A DNA stretch of 64,000 nt from Gammaproteobacteria bacterium. Lineage in GTDB: Bacteria; Pseudomonadota; Gammaproteobacteria; Natronospirales; REEB76. How positions within the stretch are numbered: the first letter of the stretch is position 1; every line of letters starts with the position of its first letter. Position numbers and translations under genes: made by a program. The notes below the pieces were generated by a model. The model made no database searches and was not told the DNA's origin. It was given only the letters and a program-made list of their open reading frames with translations. The stretch lies in NCBI GenBank assembly GCA_049591615.1, contig JBAWFD010000048.1, forward strand, positions 64,213-128,212. Reading direction: 5' to 3'. Positions 55,313-64,000 of this stretch are shown in pieces.

Positions 55313-56098
55313 CTAAAGACTGAATCGCCAGAAGGTTTGCTGACTGGCTGGATCCTCGACACGGTGTGCCCGCACGCCGAACACTCTCTCGATAAGCTCC
55401 TGCGGAATATCCCCTGCGCTATCCGTTTCCTGTACAAGCCGGCCGCCTTCCATGAAAAAGAAGCTGTCTCCGTACTGAAAAGCGATATTGAGATCGTGCA
55501 ATATGGCTACGATCGTACAATCGTAGTTAAGCAAGTCACGCGCAACATCGAGCATATGAATCTGGTAATGGACATCAAGGCCCTCTATGGGTTCGTCCAG
55601 AAATAGAAATTTGTGTTCACTCGGTTCATCGTAGTTCCAGATTTGCGCCAACACCCGCGCCAGCTGGATTTTCTGCTGCTCGCCGCCCGAAAGCGTTGAA
55701 TAATGTTGTTCACGCTTGGCCTCCATGTTTACCAACTCGAGTGCGCGCTCGACTATCATGCGATCCCGAACCGAGGGTGCACGGCCATAATGCGGATAAC
55801 GCCCCATCATGACAACCTCATACACCGGCATCGGAAAGACAAGCTCAACATGTTGAGAAAGGACCGCGCGCTTACGCGCAAGCGCAGCAGTGGTGAATGC
55901 CTTGATCGGGCGTTGCTCATACAGGACTTCGCCCGAGGATGGATTCAACAGTCCGGTGGCAATCTTGAGCAGTGTGGATTTACCGGCGCCATTGGGACCG
56001 AGGATCACATTGAAACGGTGCGGCCGAAAACGGGTACTCACGCCATCAAGAATGAGCGAATTTCCAACGCGGTAGTGGACCGCCTGTAGCTCAGCCAT
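55313..56098 (-). CDS. hmuV: Heme/hemin-type ABC transporter ATP-binding protein
   Basis: About 261 aa from MAELQAVHY. Walker A GPNGAGKST, signature LSGGEQQKIQLARVLAQIW, Walker B FLFLDEP. The start overlaps the permease stop by 8 nt. Confidence 0.8.
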   Translation of the reverse strand: MAELQAVHYRVGNSLILDGVSTRFRPHRFNVILGPNGAGKSTLLKIATGLLNPSSGEVLYEQRPIKAFTTAALARKRAVLSQHVELVFPMPVYEVVMMGRYPHYGRAPSVRDRMIVERALELVNMEAKREQHYSTLSGGEQQKIQLARVLAQIWNYDEPSEHKFLFLDEPIEGLDVHYQIHMLDVARDLLNYDCTIVAILHDLNIAFQYGDSFFFMEGGRLVQETDSAGDIPQELIERVFGVRAHRVEDPASQQTFWRFSL

Positions 56099-57155
56099 AA
56101 AATCCAGCGCTCCCGCGCCGCTGCTGCCGCAGCAATATCCACAGGAACACCGGCGCACCGATGACCGCGGTGATGATGCCGATCGGCAGCTCCGCTGGCC
56201 GGATGATTATGCGTGCAACGATGTCTATGACCTCCATCATGACCGCGCCAAGCAGCGCTGATGCAGGCAGCAAAAACGTATAGTCCGCTGATTTCAGCAT
56301 GCGCAGCATGTGCGGTATGACCAGACCGATGAACGCAATCACGCCCACCATGGCGGTGGTCACGGCGACCATGACCGTATTGACGATAATGAGCACCAAA
56401 ATGAGTCTCGCCGGATCGATGCCTAGGTAGGCTGCCTCATCTTCGCCGAGCATCAGCGCATTCAGTGATTTCCCGTACCTGAGGACCCATACAAAGCATA
56501 AGACGAAGCACACAGCCACCATCAGGGTGCCATGCCACTCGGCCGTGGTGAACGTGCCCAGATTCCAGAAAGTGATGTCACGGGCCTCCGGGTCGCTGGC
56601 GATATACGATAAAAAACCCGTGCCAGCACTGCAGACCGCATTGATGGCGATGCCCGCCAACAGCAGCGTGAAAACGTTCACCTTGCCGAAGCTGGTGGAC
56701 AGGTGATAGACGATCATGGTTGCAATAAATGAACCGATGAAGGCCAGCACCGGCACCCCGATCGAACCAAGATGGGAGATGAGATCGAACGCGCTGTGGC
56801 CACCGAACACCAGGAACAGTGATGCGCCCAGGGCCGCACCCGCGGAAGTTCCCGTCAGTCCCGGCTCCACGATCGGGTTGCGAAACAGGCCCTGCATCAG
56901 GGCGCCCGACACTCCCAGAACCGCGCCGGTCAGGCCCGCCAGCAGCACCCGCGGCAGACGCAACAACAGGAAAACGTTGCGCTGCAAGGCGTCATTGTCT
57001 GTTTTTGGAACCCATCCTAGCGTCTGACCCAGATACTTGAGCATCTGTTCGGGCGTGAAGGAATTGGCACCGATGCCAGCCGAGGCGAATACCGCCACCA
57101 CCAGCAGGACGCCCAGCAGAATGTAGATCTGCGCGTACGAGAGGTGTTTCAGCAT
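56091..57155 (-). CDS. hmuU: FecCD-family ABC permease (heme/iron-chelate type)
   Basis: 354 aa, about 9-10 TM helices. RLPRVLLAGLTGAVLGVSGALMQGLFRNP and PIGIITAVIGAPVFLWILL are FecCD hallmarks. Confidence 0.85.
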   Translation of the reverse strand: MLKHLSYAQIYILLGVLLVVAVFASAGIGANSFTPEQMLKYLGQTLGWVPKTDNDALQRNVFLLLRLPRVLLAGLTGAVLGVSGALMQGLFRNPIVEPGLTGTSAGAALGASLFLVFGGHSAFDLISHLGSIGVPVLAFIGSFIATMIVYHLSTSFGKVNVFTLLLAGIAINAVCSAGTGFLSYIASDPEARDITFWNLGTFTTAEWHGTLMVAVCFVLCFVWVLRYGKSLNALMLGEDEAAYLGIDPARLILVLIIVNTVMVAVTTAMVGVIAFIGLVIPHMLRMLKSADYTFLLPASALLGAVMMEVIDIVARIIIRPAELPIGIITAVIGAPVFLWILLRQQRRGSAGFYG

Positions 57156-57161
57156 GTGCTG

Positions 57162-58115
57162 TTATTGTTTGAATGCGTGCGGATGAAACAGATGGGCGAG
57201 TTTCAGGATAGTCGCCGGCGTACGCGGTCCGAAATAGATACTTTCTTGTTCGGTGATCCGGTAGATACGTCCATTTTTCCCCGCGGGCGTGAGCGCCACA
57301 CCGGGAAGCTGTTCGAAGGCTTTGGCGCTGCCGAATCGGTCGAAGGCGACGTCATTGACCAAAATGATATCCGGCTGGGCATCGGCAATCAGTTCGGGCG
57401 TCAGGCGCTCCATGCCGTGATTGTTCGCGAGCACGTTATTGCCTCCGGCCCATTCGATGATCTGGTTCGCCGGCCCGCCGGTGACCGCCAGATAATTATT
57501 GATGATCTGTCCAAAATGAATCATGATCACCCGCGGCTTGGGCTGGCTGGCCCATTTCGCGGATATAGCTTGTACATCAGCCATACCCTTTTGCCATTGG
57601 CTCAGCACCTGGGCGGCAGCCTGCTCACGATGAAAATACACGCCGAGCTCGGTCAAAAGATGCTGAGCGTCTTGCATGCTCTTACCAGGGTCCATCACCT
57701 TGATTGGAATACCGACCTTGCGCAGCTGGTCGAGCACCGCCTGCGGACCCACGTTGCCGTCGGTGAGAAACACGCTCGGATTCATCGAGATGATGCCTTC
57801 GGCACTTAACGCGCGGTGATAGCCGACCGAGGGCAGCTTCCTGATCTGCGGCGGGTAAATCGATGTGAGGTCATGCGCCACCAGATGATTTTCAGCGCCG
57901 ATTGCGTAGATGAACTCGTTGATCTGCTTTGAGACGCAGACTACGCGGTCCGTGTTGTAGTGGACAGGCTGGTTAGACGGCTGTGTAACGTCGCTGAATC
58001 TTTTCTCGTTAGATACTTGCGCAGGACCGGACTGGTCACCGGGTCTCGCCCATGCATTGCTGAAAGCCGCGAGCAGGAGGGCAGTACAAGCGGTGACGGA
58101 CAGGATCTTCCTCAT
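57162..58115 (-). CDS. hmuT: Periplasmic substrate-binding protein (TroA-like cluster, heme/iron-chelate type)
   Basis: About 317 aa from MRKILSVTACTALLLAAFSNAWA, with a GGAGAA RBS upstream at 58126-58121. RVVCVSKQINEFIYAIGAENHLVA. The tracked ORF start at 58295 is an over-extension. Confidence 0.75.
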   Translation of the reverse strand: MRKILSVTACTALLLAAFSNAWARPGDQSGPAQVSNEKRFSDVTQPSNQPVHYNTDRVVCVSKQINEFIYAIGAENHLVAHDLTSIYPPQIRKLPSVGYHRALSAEGIISMNPSVFLTDGNVGPQAVLDQLRKVGIPIKVMDPGKSMQDAQHLLTELGVYFHREQAAAQVLSQWQKGMADVQAISAKWASQPKPRVIMIHFGQIINNYLAVTGGPANQIIEWAGGNNVLANNHGMERLTPELIADAQPDIILVNDVAFDRFGSAKAFEQLPGVALTPAGKNGRIYRITEQESIYFGPRTPATILKLAHLFHPHAFKQ

Positions 58116-58173
58116 GGTTTTTCTCCCCGAATGCGCGCCGAGAGTTACCCGGTGCGTGCAGGTTAGCAGGTGA

Positions 58174-61134
58174 TTAGAAGGTTTGCGAAATGCTGATGTA
58201 CGGGAAACGTCCGGGAATCGGGTACAGCGTTGTGTTGTAGCCGCCGGAAATGTGCGAAATGGGCGGCTCCTTGTCGAAGATGTTGTTGACACCAAATATC
58301 AACTTCGTCCCGGTGCCATCCAAGTTGTACGATGCCTGGAAATTGTTGAACGTGGCCGCACCGATCTTGTTAGTGGACAACGCATTGTTCTGGTAGTTGG
58401 GGTAGCTACACAGGCCCAAGTTGGTAAAGCTCAGCGCCGTGTTGTCGTACTTGTCAGAGCACGCTTCCAGCAGATTGCCGATGTACTGCAACTGCCATTG
58501 CAACTGCCAGCCGCCGTAGCTCCAGTTCGCCGTCAGGAACGACTTGAAGCGTGGATATCCCGCGCCCTTGACCTGCTCGTTGATGAGCTGTTGGATAATC
58601 GGCTGTGACGGGTTGGAGAAGTTCGGCGTGGTCTGCGTGTAGAGTTTCACCCAGGTCGTCATCCAATCGAAGTTGAAGGTACCGGCGCTCTGCGTGGTGA
58701 GCACATAGTTCGTGTCGAAGTCCAGGCCTTCAGTGAGCAGGGTGCCCAGGTTCACGTTGCCAGTATCGAGATTGATGATCGCGCCCGAGGCGTTACGGGT
58801 GATCAGGCTGCAGAGATTGCTGGCGCCGCTCACGTAGCAGCCACTCAGGATGTTCTGCGGAGTGAGGGAGCCGATAGCGTTATCAATCTCGATCTTAAAG
58901 TAGTCCGCAGTGAAGGTCAGTGGCACGCTTTGCGAAACTTGCCAAGTTGCCCCAACCGTGCGGGAAGTTGAGGTCTCGACTTGCAGGTTGGGGTTGGCCC
59001 CCGACGTGGTAGTGACCGGGACGTTGAGCTGGCTGTAGTTGGTGGGTACACCCGCGGCGGCGCAATTCGCGGCCACCACTCCGCCAGTCGTTTGGTAGTT
59101 GCTGCAAGGGTCCACCACCGATGTGCTTCCGGGCACCTGCGCGCTGAAGAGCTCCTCGATAGTCGGCGCATTGAAGTCCTGCGACCAGCTCGCGCGGAAG
59201 GCTAACTGGTCATTGACGGTCCAGTGCAGAGCTCCCAAGGAGCTGCGGTTACTGCCAAAGATGTTGTAGTTCGAGTACCGCGTAGCAGCATCCAGGCTCA
59301 GGAACTTGGCACCCGGCACGTCCGCAAGAATCGGCACCTTGAAGATCAACGAGCCGGCGTTCATGTGATAGCCGCCGCTGATCGGCGGGCCGGAATTCGC
59401 TCCAGGACTGGTGCCGAGTGTGCTGTCGCCGATGGCCGCGAGCGCGTCCGGCGTGAACTGGCCACTGTCGTTCTGGTAGTCATACTGCAATGTGCCCTGC
59501 AAGGGGCCAGCCGGCAGTTGCACGATCGGCGTCGAAATATGCGCCGACCAATCTTTCTCATCAGTTTGCAAGTAAGACGAAGCGGTATAGCTCACGTAGT
59601 TCCACATGGCGGGTGTGATAGCCCCGCCGTTATACGACGGGCCGCCAAACATGTTCAGCGGCACGCAAGTCGGATTGGGTGAACCCGGCCCGCATTCAGA
59701 AGGCCCTCCCAAAGCCAGCGCCCAGCGTTGCAGGTTGATCTCAGGGCCATCTGTCGTGCTCATGGTGTTGCGGTTGTCGGTCCCGTCCACCGACCAGCTG
59801 AAGGGATGTGAGCCGAGGTCGAAGTCACCGTCGAGACCTACGTTCAGATAAAAGGTCTGCGAATCCTCATTCCAATAACGCAATCCAGTTTCAACCGGTT
59901 GGTTGCCGAGAAGCACCAGATTGGCATCGGGGCCGGTGGAATTCAGGGCGAAGCCGAAGGGGTTGTAAGGCTGGTCTGCCGGGATGTTGTCCTGAACATT
60001 CCCCTGTGTCCCGACGGTGGCCTCGGCAGGTCCGCCTTGCTGCTGTGAACGGCGGTCGTTGTAAAGCGCTGTGTAGTGACCGCTGATATGGTCGTTGAAC
60101 TGGTAGGTCCCCTGATCGTAGAGGCCAGTACGCTTTTGCGGCGTCTGCAGATAATTGACCGTAGAAGTATTGTAGCTATCCGTGCTCGCATTGAAGGGAC
60201 GGTAATCCGATATCGAGGTGCCGGGTGTCCCCGGAATAATGGTGAGGTCACAAAATGGCACTCCTTGCCCATTGGGAGGGCACATCCCATTGCTATATAG
60301 AGGCGAGGTGGAAGGCGGCAAGAACTCATAGATTCCCTGAAGGGGCACACCCGAGCCGCGCGTGACCCCCGTACCGGGATTGGGGAACTCAGTGATGGCG
60401 CGCTCGCCTTTCGTGATCGGCTGCTGGTCCGTGAACGAAGCATTGAATATCGAGCTGCTCTTTTCAGTAGTCGTGCCATGCGTGAACTCATACATGGACG
60501 TGTTGCCGTCACGCTCGCCACCGTCTTGATATTGTCCAAAATAGGCGCTGGCTTCGGTGCCGTTGAAATTAGCCTTGGTCACGATGTTGACCACGCCCGT
60601 CATGGCGCCCGAACCGTACTCCGCCGAAGCGCCGGATTTGAGAATTTCGATGTGGTCGATAATGGCGACCGGAATGGTGTTCATGTCCACCTCGCCGGTG
60701 ATCAGCGAAGGCCAACGCTTGCCGTTCACCAGCACCAGCACGCGGTTACAACCGAGGCTGCGCAGGTTGATGCAGCTCTCGCCATTGGCGCCAAAGTTGG
60801 CCGTGGTGTTGATGCCGTTGCCGAAAATAGTCAGTCGCGAAAGGATGTCGGCGACCGAGGTGAGGCCGGTGGCCTGGATTTGCTGATTGGTTATTATCTG
60901 AATCGGACCCAGCGGTTTGAGGGATGTTGGGGCGGGTTTAGGTACAGCTTCTCCGCTAACCATGACCTTGCCAAGCTGGGCAATGCTGGGTGCTGAGTGG
61001 GTGGTGGCTGACAGTGCCTGCTGCGCAAACACTTCCGGTGTCATGATCGTCGAAGCTGCGCCCGACATTAGAGCACTGGCCAGTGCGGCCCGGACAGCCA
61101 GCGTCACCCGGCGCTTGCGAAGATTGCCTCGCAT
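58174..61134 (-). CDS. Large TonB-dependent receptor (986 aa), substrate unknown
   Basis: Signal peptide, plug (INLRSLGCNRVLVLVNGKRW, IEILKSGASAEYGSGAMTGVVNI), and a long barrel ending ...PYISISQTF. First gene of the operon that continues into hmuTUV. Confidence 0.85.
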   Translation of the reverse strand: MRGNLRKRRVTLAVRAALASALMSGAASTIMTPEVFAQQALSATTHSAPSIAQLGKVMVSGEAVPKPAPTSLKPLGPIQIITNQQIQATGLTSVADILSRLTIFGNGINTTANFGANGESCINLRSLGCNRVLVLVNGKRWPSLITGEVDMNTIPVAIIDHIEILKSGASAEYGSGAMTGVVNIVTKANFNGTEASAYFGQYQDGGERDGNTSMYEFTHGTTTEKSSSIFNASFTDQQPITKGERAITEFPNPGTGVTRGSGVPLQGIYEFLPPSTSPLYSNGMCPPNGQGVPFCDLTIIPGTPGTSISDYRPFNASTDSYNTSTVNYLQTPQKRTGLYDQGTYQFNDHISGHYTALYNDRRSQQQGGPAEATVGTQGNVQDNIPADQPYNPFGFALNSTGPDANLVLLGNQPVETGLRYWNEDSQTFYLNVGLDGDFDLGSHPFSWSVDGTDNRNTMSTTDGPEINLQRWALALGGPSECGPGSPNPTCVPLNMFGGPSYNGGAITPAMWNYVSYTASSYLQTDEKDWSAHISTPIVQLPAGPLQGTLQYDYQNDSGQFTPDALAAIGDSTLGTSPGANSGPPISGGYHMNAGSLIFKVPILADVPGAKFLSLDAATRYSNYNIFGSNRSSLGALHWTVNDQLAFRASWSQDFNAPTIEELFSAQVPGSTSVVDPCSNYQTTGGVVAANCAAAGVPTNYSQLNVPVTTTSGANPNLQVETSTSRTVGATWQVSQSVPLTFTADYFKIEIDNAIGSLTPQNILSGCYVSGASNLCSLITRNASGAIINLDTGNVNLGTLLTEGLDFDTNYVLTTQSAGTFNFDWMTTWVKLYTQTTPNFSNPSQPIIQQLINEQVKGAGYPRFKSFLTANWSYGGWQLQWQLQYIGNLLEACSDKYDNTALSFTNLGLCSYPNYQNNALSTNKIGAATFNNFQASYNLDGTGTKLIFGVNNIFDKEPPISHISGGYNTTLYPIPGRFPYISISQTF

Positions 61135-61167
61135 GGGATTACCCCGTTGGCGAAAATGCAGTTGCGC

Positions 61168-61196
61168 ACTCTATTGGTTTTCTAAAACATTGACAA
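61168..61196 (-). promoter_or_regulatory. Candidate sigma-70 promoter for the TonB-receptor/hmu operon
   Basis: On the minus strand: TTGTCA (61196-61191), 17-nt spacer, TAGAGT (61173-61168), about 34 nt upstream of ATG 61134. Confidence 0.3.
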
Positions 61197-61363
61197 CCTA
61201 AGAACAGTAAAATTCCCTTCTGCTAAGTCGATTTCTGTGTATAAGTACGAGATGAAAGGCTGGCATCATCACCAATCTGCAATCCTGGTTGCGTCAGTAT
61301 CGGATCCATCGGGTAGAGCATCCCGTGATGAGCGCCTCTCAAAATCCCAATTCAATAGCTTTA

Positions 61364-62215
61364 TTAGTGGTGTACACCGATGTAATTCAATTCGCCGGCG
61401 GTCACCGCCAGGAGCAAATGGTTCTGCGGTTGTGGAAGTGAACAGGTGGCGAATGGCGTGAAGCAACAGGGCGGGTTGTAGGCCTTGTTGAAATCGATGA
61501 CTGTAGTGCCCTCAAGCGGCGGCGACACGTACAGACAGCGGCCAGCCGCGTAGGTCCGTCTACCGTTAGTCAGATCCGTGAACATCACGAAGTAATCACT
61601 CTCGCCTGTTTCCAGCAATGTCTCCAGACGGTACTGTCGGCTGTCAATTTCAAACACCAGCACGCCGGGCGATGGCATTTCTTCCTCCATGCCCAACACA
61701 TTGACGACCGAGACTTTTTTCATCGGTTGATAAGGCTCGAAGCGCGCCGTCAATCGCCATTTTTCATCGATAGGAAAGTACTCGAGACCCTGGAAATGGG
61801 TGCGCGTCGCGGCAGCACTGTCGCGGACGCGGATCGCAAGCCGACCGCTGCGTTCCAGCAGGTAAAAACTCAGTGTGCCGGTTTTGAGGATCGTGGGTTT
61901 GCCGCCGTTATCACCCACCAGTGGGCCGATGCTGGTCACCGTCCGGCCGTCGTGCAGTATCTCCGCCGGTGGTGCGGTCGTGAAATCGACTTGGGTGCCG
62001 CGTACCCTAAAGACGCCCGCCTGTTCAGGCAACCCCGGATATTCCAGCACGATTTTATTGGAAGCTGCACGACCAAAACTGTTGTCACCCGGCTCCAACC
62101 ATAACAGTCCCGCGAGCGTGGTCCAGCCATCTTCGGCGGTCAGTTTCTTGAGCCGTCGGCTTTGCCATTCTTCTATGTCCTGCTGATAGCTCACCATTCC
62201 CACCCCTGCGGACAT
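61364..62215 (-). CDS. DUF1684-like protein
   Basis: 283 aa. WQSRRLKKLTAEDGWTTLAGLLWL and the C-terminal AYNPPCCFTPFATCSLP match my recollection of DUF1684. Confidence 0.65.
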   Translation of the reverse strand: MSAGVGMVSYQQDIEEWQSRRLKKLTAEDGWTTLAGLLWLEPGDNSFGRAASNKIVLEYPGLPEQAGVFRVRGTQVDFTTAPPAEILHDGRTVTSIGPLVGDNGGKPTILKTGTLSFYLLERSGRLAIRVRDSAAATRTHFQGLEYFPIDEKWRLTARFEPYQPMKKVSVVNVLGMEEEMPSPGVLVFEIDSRQYRLETLLETGESDYFVMFTDLTNGRRTYAAGRCLYVSPPLEGTTVIDFNKAYNPPCCFTPFATCSLPQPQNHLLLAVTAGELNYIGVHH

Positions 62216-62250
62216 CGAAAAAACCTCGTGGTGGCCAGCGCGTGCTTACG

Positions 62251-63183
62251 TCACGCTAGGCTGGCCAGGCCCCGAAACGCTACTAATGAGTCTGTCACCA
62301 GAAAGGTCGGGATGGCAGCCACATACTCTGTGAACCGGCCTTTGTTTTCAAATTCTTTTCGAAACCCGGAAGCTTCAAGCTCGGCAAGCAATTTCGGGAG
62401 GATGCCGCCCGCCAGGTACACGCCTCCGATCGCATTGAATGTGAGCGCCATATCGCCGGCTGCGCGTCCCAGAAACCTGAAAAATACCCCGAGTGTATCG
62501 AGCGCCAGCTTGTCGCTGTTTCTGGCAAGTTGCGTCACGGCTTCCTGTGTCTCGGCTTCCACCTTTAAGCCATCGAGGTCCGCTATCGCCCTGTAGAGAC
62601 TCAGCATGCCGGGGCCAGAGAGCACTTCTTCTATGGCTACCGGACGATTGCCGTCATGCAGATGTGAAAGTATTTCCAATTCGCGACGGTCAAGGATGGA
62701 CAGCGTTGCATGCCCACCTTCACTGCTGATCACGCGCCAGTGATCGCCCTGCGGTGCGAGTCCAGCCATACCAAAACCCGTGCCTGGGCCGAGAGCCAGC
62801 AAGGCCGCTTGAGCAACTGCCGTGCCCTCGCCAACCTTACGGTAGCCGTCGGCTTGCAATGCGCGGACGCCGAGTGCCACGGCGGCAAAATCATTGATCA
62901 ACGCTACGCTCTGCAATCCCAAGATCTCGCGCAAATGTGGTGCGTACAAACGCCAAGCGCGATTAGTCAGGTAAACATCATCGGAAGTCACAGGCGCCGC
63001 CACCGCGAAGCGCGCTTGCTGTGGCAGTAATTCCGCCGGCAGCGTAGAAATGTAGGTGGTGAAAAGCGTCAGGGGATCCGGATAATCATCGTTTTGGTGA
63101 ATGCGGGCCACCGTAAAGTCCGTTCCCGTATAGACCGCGAGGCGCGTGTGGGTACCACCGATATCGCCGACCAAAAGATTCAT
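62251..63183 (-). CDS. glk: Glucokinase
   Basis: About 310 aa from MNLLVGDIGGTHTRLAVY (ROK-less Glk type). ATGA overlap with the otsA stop. The tracked start 63273 is an over-extension. Confidence 0.88.
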   Translation of the reverse strand: MNLLVGDIGGTHTRLAVYTGTDFTVARIHQNDDYPDPLTLFTTYISTLPAELLPQQARFAVAAPVTSDDVYLTNRAWRLYAPHLREILGLQSVALINDFAAVALGVRALQADGYRKVGEGTAVAQAALLALGPGTGFGMAGLAPQGDHWRVISSEGGHATLSILDRRELEILSHLHDGNRPVAIEEVLSGPGMLSLYRAIADLDGLKVEAETQEAVTQLARNSDKLALDTLGVFFRFLGRAAGDMALTFNAIGGVYLAGGILPKLLAELEASGFRKEFENKGRFTEYVAAIPTFLVTDSLVAFRGLASLA

Positions 63184-64000
63184 GCAGGCCGCGCCGTACG
63201 CAGGGCCTCGAGGAAATCTGCTACCCAATGGTAAATGTCCCTGGCACGCAGCACTGCCAGCATTTTTGCCCAACGCGCCTGGCGTTCCTCCAATGGCATG
63301 GCCAGCGCTTGCGCCAAACCAGCGGCTACCCCATCCATATCATATGGATTGACGATGATCGCATCCTGGAGTTCCTGGGCCGCGCCCGCCAGGGATGAGA
63401 GCACCAACATGCCTGGATCATTCTGGGGTTGCGCTGCGATATATTCCTTAGCCACCAGATTCATGCCATCACGCAGCGGAGTCACCAGCCCCACGCTGGC
63501 AATGGACAAAAACCCCATGATAGTGGCGCGCTGGAAGCCACTGGTCATGTAACGCAAAGGCAACCAGTCATATTCCGCAAAACGCGCATGTATGTCACCG
63601 GCAATGGTGTTCAGTTCGCTGCGAATATCCTCATACTCCGGAACCTCAGTGCGCGATAACGGTGCGATCTGCAACAACACCACGTGACGCCGGTATTCCG
63701 TTTGCAATTCCAACAGGCGCCCATAGGCACGGAAGCGCTCCGGCAGTCCTTTGCTGTAATCAAGACGGTCCACGCCGATGATGAGCTTGCGTCCCGTAAG
63801 ACTGGCTTGCAGCCGGCGCCCGTGTACGCCCTGACGACCCTCTTTCGCCATCTGCGCTACGCCATCCACGTCAATGCCGATGGGAAACGCGCGCACATGA
63901 ACGCTGCGGCCATGTACTTTCACCGTATCGCCTTGTATATCCGCTTCCGGGTACAGCAGTTCCACCGCGCCCAGGAATGCCTTGGCATCCATCTCCGTCT
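63180..64000 (-). CDS. otsA: Alpha,alpha-trehalose-phosphate synthase (GT20), C-terminal part; the gene continues past the right edge
   Basis: IIGVDRLDYSKGLPERF, LLQIAPLSR, TPLRDGMNLVAKEY are OtsA blocks. The reading frame is still open at 64000. Confidence 0.9.
   Translation of the reverse strand, partial: TEMDAKAFLGAVELLYPEADIQGDTVKVHGRSVHVRAFPIGIDVDGVAQMAKEGRQGVHGRRLQASLTGRKLIIGVDRLDYSKGLPERFRAYGRLLELQTEYRRHVVLLQIAPLSRTEVPEYEDIRSELNTIAGDIHARFAEYDWLPLRYMTSGFQRATIMGFLSIASVGLVTPLRDGMNLVAKEYIAAQPQNDPGMLVLSSLAGAAQELQDAIIVNPYDMDGVAAGLAQALAMPLEERQARWAKMLAVLRARDIYHWVADFLEALRTARPA

Noticed and set aside
61197-61363. Possible TPP (THI-box) riboswitch on the minus strand: UGAGAGG ... ACCC ... UUGGUGAUGAUGCCAGCC resembles CUGAGA ... 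ACCC ... CUGGAUAAUGCCAGCG.
   Set aside because: The element order and spacing do not fit: no P3 before the UGAGA, 20 nt between UGAGAGG and ACCC, and no GGGGUGC/P1 pairing. The region also lies upstream of the only plausible promoter rather than in the leader.

Overview
64-kb chromosomal segment from a moderately GC-rich, beta/gamma-proteobacterium-like genome. I call about 60 protein-coding genes. I found no rRNA, tRNA or CRISPR array. (1) 1-19.2 kb is housekeeping core. It holds the operon chain def-fmt-rsmB-DUF4390-ntrY-ntrX on the minus strand, then LysM-dprA-smg-topA-tsaC-hemF on the plus strand, a TauE/DUF1634 pair, tag, an ECF sigma/anti-sigma pair, hemB and aroE. (2) 19.3-23.2 kb is an NdvB-type GH17+GT2 processive beta-glucan synthase gene. 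It is split cleanly by a 1261-bp IS3-family element with imperfect inverted repeats, a 3-bp TTA target duplication, and a U UUU UUA slippery site followed by a 10-bp hairpin. (3) 23.2-39.4 kb is accessory and envelope-oriented. It encodes an Omp85-like barrel, a 1072-aa BNR/sortilin-like propeller protein, an overlapping pair of beta-helix repeat proteins (DUF4097 plus a lipoprotein), a CBM9/DUF5916 protein, a secreted S33 hydrolase, a Sel1-repeat protein and a membrane-anchored CadC-like regulator. G+C drops at the right end of this block. (4) 39.6-64 kb mixes metabolism and transport. It holds thrC divergent from a SerB-SerA fusion, gcdH, otsA-glk, a DUF2946 + TonB-dependent receptor pair, a TonB receptor-hmuTUV operon extended by a LysE exporter and a 12-Cys GDCCVxC mini-protein, and an AT-rich orphan ORF wedged inside an operon. 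My best candidates for something undescribed are the 27.2-39.4 kb envelope cluster (especially the DUF4097/beta-helix lipoprotein pair), the ECF anti-sigma factor with a Met/His-rich periplasmic domain, and the Cys-rich protein/LysE extension of the heme-type uptake operon. No nuclease/helicase/ATPase type defence module is visible. All functional calls come from reading the translated ORFs for motifs. No database search was run.
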